Shown piece after piece: positions 1 through 14,900 of a stretch of 64,000 bases of DNA. Below the pieces are notes generated by a model. It was not told the origin of the DNA and did no database searches. It worked only from the letters and a program-made list of their open reading frames with translations. Source of the stretch: Balanoglossus misakiensis (taxonomy: Eukaryota; Animalia; Hemichordata); contig CM082583.2 of assembly GCA_040954595.2 (NCBI GenBank), positions 9,596,254-9,660,253 on the forward strand, written 5' to 3'. How positions within the stretch are numbered: position 1 is the first letter of the stretch; each line of letters starts with the position of its first letter. The translations under genes were made by a program, and so were the position numbers.

Positions 1-1613
<1,613 letters not shown>

Positions 1614-2252
1614 CTTGATCAATGTGGAATTACTTCACACGATATAGTTCTGCTGTACTGTTGGCATAAAGTACAACAATGACATCAATTCCCACTATAC
1701 CGATTTGAGTATTTGTTGATCTCAATTTCTGTGAAAACTTCAGTCAATCGGGTGTGATACTAAAAACTTGTGGTTGCAGGTTCATCAGACACGTCAGTCA
1801 ACTCACGACCCTAAAGTTGACCCCATTCGTTGCATGTCAACAATCCTCTGAAAGTAACATACGGTTTATCAAGGCACCAAGTTTTTTTCGAAACGTTGCT
1901 AATTGAATCGTTGCCTATTCACCACTTACTTCAGACGTATTATGACTTGTTAACGTTTGTGATGGGTAATATTTCCACGTCTCAGTTCGAGACTAGGGAT
2001 AGGAGTTTGGGAATGTGGCAAATGCCAGGACTGGCAACCGTGGGCACAGGTGCTTGGTGCAAGTTTGATGTCAACAATATTATTCGAAAAGGTGATTTCG
2101 GGAATTTCAACACGCCTGTCGAATAGAAATGCATTTGAATAAGTGTGCTTCCAGCATTTCCATAAAATATTTAAATCGCGATGACAGTGAACCATACTCA
2201 CGTTACGATCACACGGTGGGATATCCAACTGAACGCAATCGGTCTGCAACAC

Positions 2253-2277
2253 AAAATGGCCGCCAATAATGACGTCA
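2253..2277. promoter_or_regulatory. Cluster of YY1-like (AAAATGGCCG), CCAAT and CRE (TGACGTCA) motifs; probable PRRC1 promoter region
   Basis: Sequence aaaatggccgccaataatgacgtca lies about 640 bp upstream of the PRRC1 ATG and just past the SNX poly(A) signal. Motif match only. Confidence 0.45.
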
Positions 2278-2512
2278 CTGTGCCACGTCTTTGTGACCTT
2301 TCACCTTGCCCTCATTTCCTAAACATGAACTGCACTATACCATTGCCAAAGATCTGCATATGTACACAATGAAGTTGAGTTGGCATCGTGAGTCCAGGGC
2401 AGTACGTCAGCTCACTATAGTCTCTAATACTTGTACATTTGTATGTGTCTGTGCATGTTCAAGAAAAACTGCAACGGATACGTAATGTCAGAAAAAATTA
2501 CTTTTCATATTT

Positions 2513-2518
2513 TTTATT
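2513..2518 (-). terminator. Probable poly(A) signal (AATAAA) of the sorting nexin gene
   Basis: tttatt on the plus strand at the far end of a ~0.9 kb AT-rich region downstream of the SNX stop codon. Confidence 0.5.
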
Positions 2519-3434
2519 GGCGGTCCATTGACAATAGTGTCACTTAACAAAAAGCATAAGCTCTTCAAATCACTTGCAGACTTAAATATTACAACAGATC
2601 TTATATTTAGATACTCTGACATTTTTTCCCAGTCCAGACTGTTTGCATCTATGCTGTTGTTATTAATTACTAAACACTGGTATCACAATTACATTTTAAT
2701 CTCTTCTAGGCTTCCATCAGTGACCTAAAATTTTACGATAGGGTATTTGCGTGATACAAATGACTGGTGGACAAAGAAGGTCTAAAACTGGGGCTACATT
2801 GCTATGAGGGACAACAAAATTACATGACAGCACTCTGGTAAGCATTGAAACTTTTAAAAAAATCGTGCCCATCCCCCGTGACAAAAACGTCTCATGTGCA
2901 TCTAATAGCCCATATTATTTGTATAGACAGATCTGACATACATGCAGACTGATTCAACTCATGTTACATACTAAACAAAACTGCTCCTATCAACTGGGAC
3001 ATCAAATCAAATCAAATCATTTCATCTAACTTGTCCATCAAGTTTTTTTTTTTCTAATTCATCGACCGATAAAGGCTAAAATCACATCTGTCTCTCCCAA
3101 GGAAATAAGAAAATATCCTGAAAGCCTGAAGAAATATATAGATCTTGATCTCTGTGATTCCTCCATCCAACACAATAAATCATTTGCTGGCCACATGTAT
3201 AGACTGCACAGTACATTTACAACAGTTCCAGATTGTGAAATGCCCTGACTTACAATTATGATATCTAACATAGTCTTTTGAAATTTAATATATATGATGA
3301 ATCTACATGTACTTAAAAAACAATAATGTATAGGTTTGGATAAAATTACATTTTGCTGATATGGACAGGCGTGTCAGGAGTAAATATACTAGAATTCTAA
3401 ATTTGGGTGTTTCTACAGATTTCTAGATGTGTTT

Positions 3435-6400
3435 TCATGCTATAGCCTTTGCTTCTGGCAGGAAACCTTCCCAGTACTTGATAACCTGTGAGTTGACAAA
3501 AAACATTAAGAAGTGTGAATTACTATAAAACCAACTGGAATTAAAGGACGGTGGCTGAAAAATAAGGAGGTTGAAAAAAAGCAGACAAAAAACTTAACGG
3601 CTACTCACTTGTTGTTGTGATTCCATGATACTTTCCAAATATTTAATGATCACTGAACGGAAATCACGAACACGGTTTTTCTGGAATGGGAGAGAGAGAA
3701 ATGGACTTTAAGTTTTGCGAGCAGATTTGATAACTTGCACATTATAACAAGTTGGCAAAACTCCTCCAAAATAACGCAACCAAATATGTTACCGGTATAT
3801 GCTTACCTCAAATCGATCTATTTCCTTGCGGATTGTTTTGGAAATCTTTTCGAACTCTTCTTGACCCTTTTCAACTTTAAGTTCCAACTGTCAGAAAAAT
3901 TAATACAAAATGTGAAGAATGGAAACACCATTTTTCATGATAGGTGCCTAACACAAGAAAAGACAACTTTTATTATTATTCAACTCATGAAAGTCAAAAG
4001 ACCTTGGCACAATACAGGTATACACAGAGCAGACAATATCAAAACTCACCTCTTGTATTTCATGTTTGGCCTGTGCCACTTTGTCCGATTTTCCTGCACT
4101 CTGAAATTTAGCCTCCTGTTCTCTCTTCTTTGTTAGATTCACCTGTGTTTCTTGCCATCTGTGGTAGGCTTTTTCACGTTCACGGAATACATCCTGTAGG
4201 GTCAAAGGTGAGTAAATTCTTCTGTAAGTTTACTGTGCACATTACCTGTAGTATGTACTCATACAAAGGTGTTATGGAGTCGCTGAAAAACTTTCATGAT
4301 GAAGGAAACCAAATGTCATTAAGAAAGGTCATGATGCCCTGACCTATACCAATAACTGGTTCACCTACCCTAACAGAACTTATAAGCCCGATGTAATCTT
4401 TCAAGAGTTCGGACAACACATAGAAATCGGTATTAGCCTGGTCTTGATGTAACTGGTCAATCTTTTCTTCTACTTCAGCTAGCTGAGCCAGTGCCCGTGA
4501 CAAGCCTGTGTGTTCTTCGGCATTGCCCAGAGTTGCTGCGCTCTTAGCAAAGGAAGCAGTTGCAAAACTCAGATCTGTGAAGTGAAAAGTGAAAATTATG
4601 TCACCTCATATCATCAGGGTATGTCCAGGTAATGCAACAACTTCAATGACTTGATAACTCTAAGACGCACATCTGCCAAATACTGTAGGTTTTAGAGGAC
4701 AATGTATTGTGACCAAAATGAAGGTGCATAGCACTGTATGATTCAGCAAACACATACCTTTCCTATGTGATACAAGGGCTTCGACACTGGTATGGAGCTT
4801 CTTTAATTGTTGATCTAAACTATCTATCTGCTGTTGTTTGTCTTCAAACCACTGCGAAGAAAAAAACGTACGTGTATTAGACTGTGAAAAGTCTCATTCA
4901 AGTAGAACTTCAAGGTGTACAGTGGAAGACAACACACCACAGAATATTCAACAATCATAAAATCATTACTTGCCTGGTCTGATTCACTCATTTTAGTTGT
5001 CATTTTAGATACTGTATCTGTCACCATATTGAATAATCTCTTGACACCGGCACCACTTACAGCAGATGTGCTTGTTGCCCTTGGTAACTGTAACGATGAG
5101 ATTAAAGATGAGAAAGGTCAGAAGGAAATCACTTGCAGATCAAAGGTACTTTTTTGTATGTTAAAATTGTGAACATTTTAAAAGGCCTTATTCCTACCTC
5201 CTCTCTTTCTAGGAAGTCTCTGAAATCAGTATCTTGCTGTAGCAATGGATGTGCCGCAGTTCGGTTTAAGTACCTCTCTAATGATGCCCTTCTTTTCTCA
5301 ATGAAGTCGGCAGACGCTTCCTCTTTAGATACCTTGACGTGAGTCATACCTGTTTTGAGCAAAATGAAGACAATAATGACAGAACACCATCTTTTTTATT
5401 ATTCCACAGCATGATTCCTGCAGAGTTTTATCCTAGGTGTTGAACTTCTACATAAATATGCACAGAAGTTGTGTGTTTGATTAGAGACACAGCATGGAAT
5501 GGATCGAAGAACTACACTTGGTACTCATTCAAGTTTGCCAGGTAAAACATCTCTGATACTTATACTGTTCACACCTACCTATAACACTCTTTTCTGGTGC
5601 TGGGGGAACAATCAGTCCGGCATGTGTGTGCTTTCCACCGAGTTTCTCGTGGATACCGAGGAAATCGCTAAATCGCCTCCAAACCGAGAACTCTGGTCTT
5701 TTGAAAATTGGAATTGTTGTCTGAAAAACGAGAGTGAAACTGAGGTATAAACCATGGCATGTTATTACAGCAAATTATTTATTTTGGCAAAACTGAGTCT
5801 ACCTGATTCTGACCACAGTGGGATCTGCTTGGGATTCGTTGACAAAAAAAAACTCACCCGTGTTGTCACCTTGTATGCCATGTAAGCCTTGATGCCATCA
5901 CCTGTTGCAAGAAAATGCACATCACAAGATGAACGATTAATATAATCTCACACTCCCAAGGACCTGGGATCATAGAAACATAGACTATACAGTGAATTCG
6001 CGTTGGTATTTGACTTGCCTTTTTTCTGAGGTTCTGTTACTGTAATTTCTAATTCAAACTTGTCTCCACCTTCCTCCTCTTCGACCTAATATAAAAGCAA
6101 GCAGACATAAAAGATACCATATGATTGTAAGGATATACCAGCAGATATGGCTAGGAACATTTAGGATATTCTGCCTCATGGCAATATACAGATACCATAT
6201 AATTATATAATGTAAAAAGATGATGTATCTCAAATCAAACACTCACTTCATCTTTGGTCTTTGTCACAGCTGGTTGTATATCAACATCACTGGCTGGCGC
6301 TATTGCAGCTGGTTCAGGTTCAGGCTCAGGTTTGGATTCAGGTTCTGGCTCGGGGTCAGGGTCGGCTTCCAACTCTGACTTCTGTTGTTCTGGTTCAGGC

Positions 6401-7413
6401 TTAGGTTCCTCCGGTGAATCGTCTAAGGACACTTCTTCGCCAACATCTGGTGGAAATAATAAAACTTTGTAGAGTGTAGCCACAACAATCACTGACCATT
6501 TACATTCGTAAACTCCATCCAGATATTGTACATGTAGTGCACATTACACTTGGACAAACTCATTGTGTGAACTGCCCATAAACTAAGGAAAAGTAAGATA
6601 TTTAGGAATGCAATATTTCCTGTACAGTACCTTTAAAAGGATCCTCAAACTCTGGTTCTGGCTTCGGTTCATCCTGCTTTTCCTGCAACATATGTATGTA
6701 CTATTAGGATATAGGAACACTTCAAGTTCTACAGTTCTGAATTATGAACAGGAAGTGAATACATGTACGTCTTCATTCCTTTACCATTAATTTGCTATTT
6801 ATAAAAGAAATTTTTCTTATTCATGATTACAATTCTCCAAAGTATTACTACAAGTATTCTAGTCGGAAGACAAATTGTTGAAGACAGTCTTTCACTTATA
6901 TTATTTGGGTCCACTGCGCTTGTAGGCGTATACAATAGCGGGATGTTGTAGGCTATTAATGACGTGGGCCGGGCCCCTCCCACCGAAATTGTTGGGAATC
7001 GGTAGTACAGTATCACAATACAAAATTGGACACCTTTCAACAAATGAGCCCGCCCGATTCGTGTTATGAGCAATGGCCAAGCTGCTGATTACTACAGACC
7101 ATCGGACTATATGGTCAACCGCACGTACAACACGACACCAGTTGCCAACCTTCAATGCAATGTTCTCTCCCACTCTCCGTTGATCTTCCGGAGGGCAGCC
7201 AGCTTAGCTCAATGGTCTGGGCTTCCCTGACTCGACAAATATTTTAAAATCTGCCTCTCATTAGCCAAAATACCAGAAAAATAACTATCCAGCGACAATC
7301 CTCAGGGAGCAAAATGTTCTCACCGTTGATGGGGACCCGAACAGATCATCGGGTTCCTCTTTTTGTACGGTTTCTTTCTCGTCGTCAAAGAGGGGTGGAG
7401 GTTCGTCCGCCAT
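3435..7413 (-). CDS. SNX2: Sorting nexin 1/2 (PX-BAR, retromer-associated), complete, about 502 aa
   Basis: 14 coding exons (minus): 7413-7324, 6682-6631, 6446-6247, 6085-6019, 5901-5858, 5720-5579, 5349-5198, 5087-4974, 4851-4758, 4574-4369, 4193-4050, 3887-3807, 3680-3609, 3485-3435 (1509 nt). PX motifs [45 protein letters not shown] region [21 protein letters not shown]-terminus [14 protein letters not shown]. Probably co-orthologous to vertebrate SNX1 and SNX2. Confidence 0.95.
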
Positions 7414-7436
7414 GTTGACTTGTTCCGTTCGTGTTA

Positions 7437-7729
7437 GTCACATGACAAATTTTAAGGTAACGCCGTGCGCCGCTGGCGTTCACAGTTGAACATTCTTTCT
7501 GCATTGTAGATTTCACATCCTTGAACAAACTATTTCAGGCGATATATTTAATGGCAAATTTATCTATAGCAATCCGAAGATACTACATTTGCTGTCGTTT
7601 AAATTTTGATCGTAACAATGACCGATTAAACGCAGAGATCTTTCATAAAATCAAATGTAGAGTGTTTCTAGGGAATGGTGTAATGAACACGAACGACAGA
7701 GGGCGGTATTCTATATGAAGGGGGCGGGG
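7437..7729. promoter_or_regulatory. Putative shared (divergent) promoter of SNX1/2 and ADGRV1
   Basis: GTCATGTGAC (M-box/CLEAR-like E-box, minus strand) at 7437-7446, 24 bp upstream of the SNX ATG. GC-box GGGGGCGGGG at 7720-7729. The genes are head-to-head. Confidence 0.4.
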
Positions 7730-8154
7730 TCGCTTGAGGATTTGTTGTCAATCAAAAGGTGAAAGTGAGTTTGAGTCACCTAAACACGAACCGTTTACAC
7801 TGTTTTGTTTCACCTGGTGTGCGATTTCATTTGTAATTTTCACCACCGATCGTTATATATTCCAGCCGATCGAAATCCCATGGTGATTCCCAAGGACTGA
7901 AACTGTACCCATCAAGGCCTTAGAGAAGCTCAGCTTGAGGATCTGCTGAACATAGGTGCATTTGAAAGTACGATCGAAACACTGAAATTGGATGATCAAC
8001 AAGAACGAGCCAGCCAGCTGGGATTCCTGTACCAGAAATCGAACATTGAGTAATGTCTGCTTGGGCGTTGTCCACTTATTTGGCTAGGTAGCGACGACTT
8101 CAGTAAATTTTTTTTCGTATCATCGAAGGTGTTTGTTATTCTAAAGGCAGAGAG
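7730..8154 (+). other. Putative non-coding first exon of ADGRV1 (start approximate)
   Basis: Strong donor GAG|GTAAGC at 8154/8155. The first coding exon begins after a clear acceptor (tttgtctgcag, 11944) only 2 nt before its ATG, so an upstream exon is required. An in-frame TAA just before this donor makes the exon non-coding. Confidence 0.4.
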
Positions 8155-10505
8155 GTAAGCTATCAACGATGTGCTCTTTCAATATTATAGTTTCATCTCC
8201 ATCCATGGCCTACACACCGGTAACGTACGCTACGCTATGTTGTTGTATTGGATCAATGGATGCATCCACTGATCCAAATGGCCCTGCATCCCATCGACCT
8301 TCATGCTGGAGTCGATGCTCCTGCGGTACGATGGTTCTACTCCGACGCATACGATGCTAGTGTAGATACCATTGTCCTAACAAAGGAGTAGTAAAAAGCA
8401 AAGGCTGGCTCGTAGAAGAGAATTATTTTTACGGCTAATAGTTTATGCACGCTGCTGTTGCAGAAATCAATTTGTGTTCCGCGTATGTGTGGCAGCGTTG
8501 TAAAGCGATTGGCCAATCCAACAAGTGTTATCGGTATAAGGTCATACTCAGAACGTAAAAAAAAACCAAAGCAGCAGCTTTACGCAAATTCCTCACTCTG
8601 CTGGGTGTCCCTGATGAAAATGAAAGCGTGAACAAATATTGCAAAATTTGCCATGGCTTTTTTAACCGTTTGTTACAACACCTTTACAAATGTAAATTAA
8701 ATGGCTAACAATGCCATTGTTTCGCCTATTGTGACATAACTGGAACAGTGAACCTTCTTAACATGTCTGGCACCAGCAACTGTGTTGGAAAATTGTGATC
8801 TATCCTCTCCATCTGTTTCTTTAACTGTCTGTACAGTTGCAATGATCATTTTAGCCTTTGGGTTTTCATCTACATCTACTTTGTTCAATCATGGTCCTTC
8901 GTTTTTGGCACGTAGTGGTTTTTGGCCAGATCATTGCTTTCAGCTGGTACTAGGTAGCGGCATGGAATTACAAACCCACCAGGAACAATAAAACACTGGT
9001 CAAATTCCAGCCTGTAAAGTGTACACGTTATGCACTGTTAGTATGAATCCTTTTACAGTGTTTTATTCTCTTACTATTTCAAAAAAACGTTACAGTACAA
9101 AAAAGTATGTAAATATCATGCAGCATTTATTGCATGTATAATATCTTGGCTTTTAGTGAATATTTCACATCTACGAGGATGGTAATTTTTATTCCTTGGT
9201 ATGTTCTGCAGTAGTAGATCGTGATTACACTTTAACGGGTACTTTTTACAGGATCACATAGTTGGTAGTTTTTTTTTATCTTACAAATGACTGCAGAGCA
9301 GTAAGGCATCATTTTACAACCAGGTCATGCCCAGGGTCAACTCTCCCCCACAGATCTGTTTTGTTCAATTTACCATCTCACTTACTCGCTTTCATTTCCC
9401 CGACAAAGAATAAAAGTGGAATTTTGTGTGGTTGCTTGGGCAGTTGGCAAAAATATTCATGGAATGTGATTGTTCCAGGAGTAATAATGCATTTGTTATT
9501 TTTAAAGTCGACCAAAGTATGCCTTCTGCAAAGTATATCTGTACTGCCTGAAGCAGGTCGTAATTGCCATAAATTTTTACATAGCGGACATTATAGTACT
9601 GGTTGTTTCTTTATTGTACTCGTCGTCGTTGTATGGGAATCACAGTTCTGAACCCTCAGGGAACATACATCAGTCCTGTGAGCTTATACAGAAATGTCTA
9701 AAAGTAAAACCACCAACCTTGATTGTTGGTCTAAATAGAGGCTATTATTGCCAGACCAGTTATGAATTCCAATATGCTTACATATTGCTACCTGTTTTAT
9801 CATTCTTTGAGTTTGACTGACAGGTTAAAGGTTATCAGAACATGGCCAGGTTAAGTTGTAGGAAAACACTTGAGTGGCTTACGCATGGTAATATACACAT
9901 TTCAACATAACTAGCATGAAACTGGAGTGTGTGATCCTGTCAAATCTCATGTGATTTGAAGGAGAGATCAATTGACCACCACATAATACCTTGATAGCAT
10001 AGTATGCTGTCTGGGAGAAAAGTAAGGATTTGGGAGAATATTGTCTGTTGAAACACTCGTACTTGATGCGATATCAAGATGCATATGCTTGAGAACCTCT
10101 GTCACAGTCAAAGGATTCTTTGAGATTGGTGCAGTGTAGGCTTTGTGAGTATCAGTGTTATTTTAGGGTGTACTTGAAAGTAGCCATAAAATGAAAGTGT
10201 CAGCTCAGCTTCCTGGGAGATCCCACCACACTGCACAGCTATGCGACTGTGTGGTATTCTAATTTCGTTACATGGTCAAGCTGCTTATCAAACCTGATGC
10301 GTTTTGTTAGCAAGGTTGTATTTGAAGTTTGGTAGTCTGGTTCGAGGACTTGCATAAATCTCGTATTTTAGTCTGAAATTTGTTCCACATAAATCTCGAA
10401 AGTTTTTGTAGAAATCAGGTGAGCAGTGAACATTCTCTAGTACATTGTAGCTTCCATAATACAATCTTAAATATTTGCTTTCTGAACTATAGCTACCATG
10501 TCCTG

Positions 10506-10528
10506 CCCCCCCCCCCCCCCAAAAAAAA
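10506..10528. repeat. Poly(C)/poly(A) homopolymer
   Basis: Run of about 15 C followed by 8 A. Confidence 0.9.
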
Positions 10529-11946
10529 GACAAGGGACCCTGACAGGTACTCAAGCATGATTTTTGTAGAGGAACCATGACTCAAGGCATTGTGTATAGT
10601 CTGGACAACAGTCCATTATAATCCGGTGGCTTACACACATATCACTTTATGCTCCTACACACAGACCTCTACCCCGACATGTATTGACATGTCTTTTGTC
10701 ACGCTCTGTAGCCACAATGCAGGTGACGTTGTGGCAACAAAAGGGAAAGTCGCAGGTCTTGCGAGACGCCGATAAATCTTGTCGTGTTGTGTAATAAATT
10801 TCATAATTTTTCTGCAGGGTTATTGTTGTGTTACAGTTGACACCCAGCCCTAGCCTAGTACTGAAATGCACCTATAAGTTCACAGCCCATTTCGACCAAC
10901 CTGACCTGAGTCTGATCACACAAACGCTGGATTCAAATGTCACGACACGCTTGCTTTTTCTTTTGATGCAGCAACAAAGCTAAATTTTGTTTGGCAAACT
11001 TCCAGCCCTTCAGAACAGTTGATTAAAGTTACACTCGCTACCTGACAATGGTGGACAACATCGGTAGCATTGGCTGTATATAAGTAAATGGTCATAGTTC
11101 TGTGTAGGGATATAATACGATTTAACGACCCCCTTGTTGTGGGAGTTAGAGATCTGATATTGACAATTAAACTGCTGACCCCTTGGAGCGATTTATGGCC
11201 TTCGAAGTTTTGAATTCAAGCCAGTTGACAGACTTTCCAGTTAAACATATGTTTGGTGGTAACAGGTAACTTGTAACAGAGTTGTATCTCATTTAGGACT
11301 GAAGGGAATGATCATCCATTGAATTTGATTATAATTTGGCCAATTACAAGTCAGCCTTATAGTAATTACGTTCTTGTCATGCAAATTTATTAAAGTAAAT
11401 GATACGCTTACTATTGATGAAAAGAGGTAATAATGTTAGTTTTACTTCTCCACAGATCTCCTTCGAACTCGATATTTGGCAATTTATAAATAATACTATT
11501 AATAACAAAGACAACAGCTTTCATTCCCATATCATTATCCATTTTTACATCCCATTCTATTAATTTACACAAGTTTATTTATATCCCAGTCTGATGACCC
11601 GATGTTTCGGTCAGAAAGTACAACATGCTGCAGGATGGTAATGAGCATGTATTGTTTAGCTTTGCCATGGTTACTGTTTTAATAATCATGTGAGGTAATT
11701 CAAAGCAGCTGATACAGCCTGAGTCATGTGCATAATGTATAGGGCAAGTGGTTCATCTTTATCAGCAGTGATGTGTGTACACAGAGTTTCCCCAAAAGGA
11801 TGGGTGGAGTCATTCTGTGTGACAACCTCGGAATAGAAATGAAATGAAATGATACAATCCCTTGTATCTTTTCATACCTAACCTCTCTCACTTCATGTAT
11901 TCGGTTTCCTGAAATTATAACTTTATTATTATATTTGTCTGCAGAA

Positions 11947-14900
11947 ATGTATAGTTTTGTAGCGGCCCTTCTGCTGTGTGCGTGCATCTGCCTCAGTGAT
12001 GGCCAAGAGCAGCTTGCAACCCTGTCCATTGTAAACCCAACACTGGCAGTTGAAGAGGGGCCAGGTTCTCAACAAGTTCAAGTGCAAGTACTGAAACAGG
12101 GGACGATAACAGACCAAGTCAGTGGTGTCATATCTGTAAGTATGGGGTACATATACTTATCTACTTGGTGTGAACTTTCAAAGGCAGAATTATCATTGAA
12201 ATCTCCCAGTGATAAATAATGTTTGGAAAATCTAATCTTGCTCTGCATCTTTGTGAATTCTCAGTTACAAACGGATTCCGACAGTCCTGAAGCCGGACCG
12301 CTTGATTTCATCAGCACCTCTTGGGTCGTGACTTTTCAAGCAGGATCAGAGGACGCCATAGCAACGGCAACAATAACAGTTGCCGATGATGACATTCCGG
12401 AACCGGATGAGGTGTTCATTTTACTTTTGACTATTTCCAACTCCCTGCAAGCTACTGTGGGAACTCCATCACAGGTGGAACTGACCATCAAGGCAAATGA
12501 CGACGCGTTTGGAATTATTTCATTTCAGTCTGTAAGTTGTAATGTTAAATTATCACATATGCACTCTTGGAAAAGAGATATAGGATTAGGATACATGTTT
12601 TAAAAAGAAAAATTGGAAGTTTTCATTTTAAAGAAGCAGTCGAATCCTCATTTTCATGACTGTGTTTTCACATGATAATGTAGAATTTTTGACAGTTAAC
12701 ATTTTTGGACAAAGTCTTGCAATATACATTTATTTGTTCTAAGCAACACCAAGTAACAAAGACTGATCTTTGTTTATCCATCCACAGCTTACACCAATAG
12801 TTGTTGATGAAGCGCCAGATTTTAACCAAGTGGTTGCTATCATGTTGAGAAGAGATCGGGGAACATTCAACGACGTTATAGTGACTTACGAAGTAAGTGT
12901 TATACTTTGTAAAAGATTTTTTATTTCGAGTCAAAGTCATGTACTGTATCCCCTGTGTTCAGACTGCAGTGAAGCATGTCCACAGAAGTTTCTTTTGATT
13001 TCAAACCGTTGTATAAAAATACTCAGAATTGAGATATGGTAGGTCACTAAACTCCTGAAATGTTTCTCTGCTTAGGTGACCAATGGCCCAAACCCTGCAG
13101 AGGAAGACATACTACCCATCGTTGGTGCAGAGATCTTCGAAGATGGAAGCAGCATAGATTTATTTAACTTGCAAATAATCGCAGAAGAGGTTCGTAAATC
13201 TACAGTCTGTGTCAAACCCTGTGGCTTTACACGGAAATGTATCCTGAATTTTACACCACAGTAATACTAACCCAGAATCTGTGTTGGCATGAGAGAGGTG
13301 TAAAATTAAACCTGTTGTGACTGTTTTGTGAATAAGCAGTATGTGATTGTTTACTGTAGGCTGTAGTGTTTGTCTGTGGAGAGGTCAAAACACTTTCTCC
13401 TCAGCTGAAATATTTACAGGTTGCCGTACAGTGAGACAGATAGGGTCAGTCGCCGTCTGTCCACTTTTTCATGCTTTAGCAACTACATGTACCATAAATT
13501 AGTGTGCTGGTGTGGATACTGTAGGGTATCAGTCAGGGTACTATGCCTAATAAATCATTTTAGGGTTATGAACAAAAATTCAAAGGAAAAAACTTGTGAA
13601 GGAAGAGACCAGTTTCTGAAAAATCCCCCTGTGTAAGTTATAACCAATGTTTCTGAATGTTGTCTTACTTATTGTAGGTTCCAGAGAATGACGAAACTTT
13701 CACCATTCATCTGACATCGGCGTCCGGAGGGGCTACTATCAATGAATCTGCATCGTCCATTCAGCTGACCATCCGAGCCAATGACAGTCCTCTGCGGTTT
13801 GCCCAAGCTGAGTACTACGTAGAGGAGGACGAAGGAAGTGTGACAGTGGAGGTCTACAGAGGCCTCTCAGCTGATGGTATGAGTCCCCTCGGTCCGGACT
13901 CTGGCCTCGTCTATGTGGACTACTTCATCACGCCCGGCACCGCTGTGGCCGGCGAGGATTACGTGGCATCTTCGCCCACTGGGACGTTGAGATTTTCCGA
14001 GGGCTTGCACAGGCAGCAGTTCATCGTGAACATTGTGAACGACGCCATTCCGGAAATCCAGGAGGAGTTCTACATCACTTTGGGGGATATCACTTTGGGG
14101 GATCAGACGCCGTCGGCCGTCATCGCGGACCCGAGCGTCGCCCTGATTAAGATTCAGCCGAATGACGACGAGAACGGCATATTGAGTTTGGCGTCGGCTG
14201 TACCCGGGGAAGTGCCCTACACAGTGGTGGACGAGGACTCACAGAGCGTTGTTGATTATTTTGTCGTCCAGAGAAGAGGCGGTGCGTTCGGAGAGGTCAG
14301 CATCGGTTACGTTATCCTGAGGAACGACTCAAACGCCGACCCGGTCACCAGCGACCTCGTTCCGGCCAGCGGAACGGTGATCCTGGCAGATGGAGAGGCT
14401 TCCAAGGCCATTCCCATGGCTCTGTTGTCAGATAACATCCCGGAAGAGGCGGAACAGTTCCTCATTCAGCTCCTCCCGGAGACAGTCACAGGAGGGGCGA
14501 AAGTGGAGGGCATCCTGGAGGGCGTACTTGTCATTCAGGACAGCGATGACATCTATGGCGTCATCCAGTTCTCTTCTGACACAGAGCAGCGAATCCTATC
14601 GTCGGTATCACCACGGAGATTGCAGCTGACACTGACTCGTGCCATCGGGTTGAGTGGGGATGTACTTATCAATTACAATGCAAGATATGTATTAGCAACA
14701 GACAACGAAGGCTCTGATACAGGTAGGATGAGATGTTAAATTCCAAAGCAGGACAACAATTTGCCAATGTTTTTTGTGCTGTTGTGAAATATGAATAAAT
14801 GAGTTTTATGATATCAAATTGTTTTTTAAAGTGGTACTCCTGCTGAATTAAACTACTGATTATATTTATTAGTGATTACTTTTTCACGTCAACCCATTCA

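Noticed and set aside
8155-11944. Short ORFs between SNX and ADGRV1
   Set aside because: No coherent exon chain or protein similarity; consistent with a first intron or intergenic DNA.
13420-13430. Possible 11-nt microexon (acag|GTTGCCGTACA|gtgaga)
   Set aside because: Would shift the frame and has no other support.
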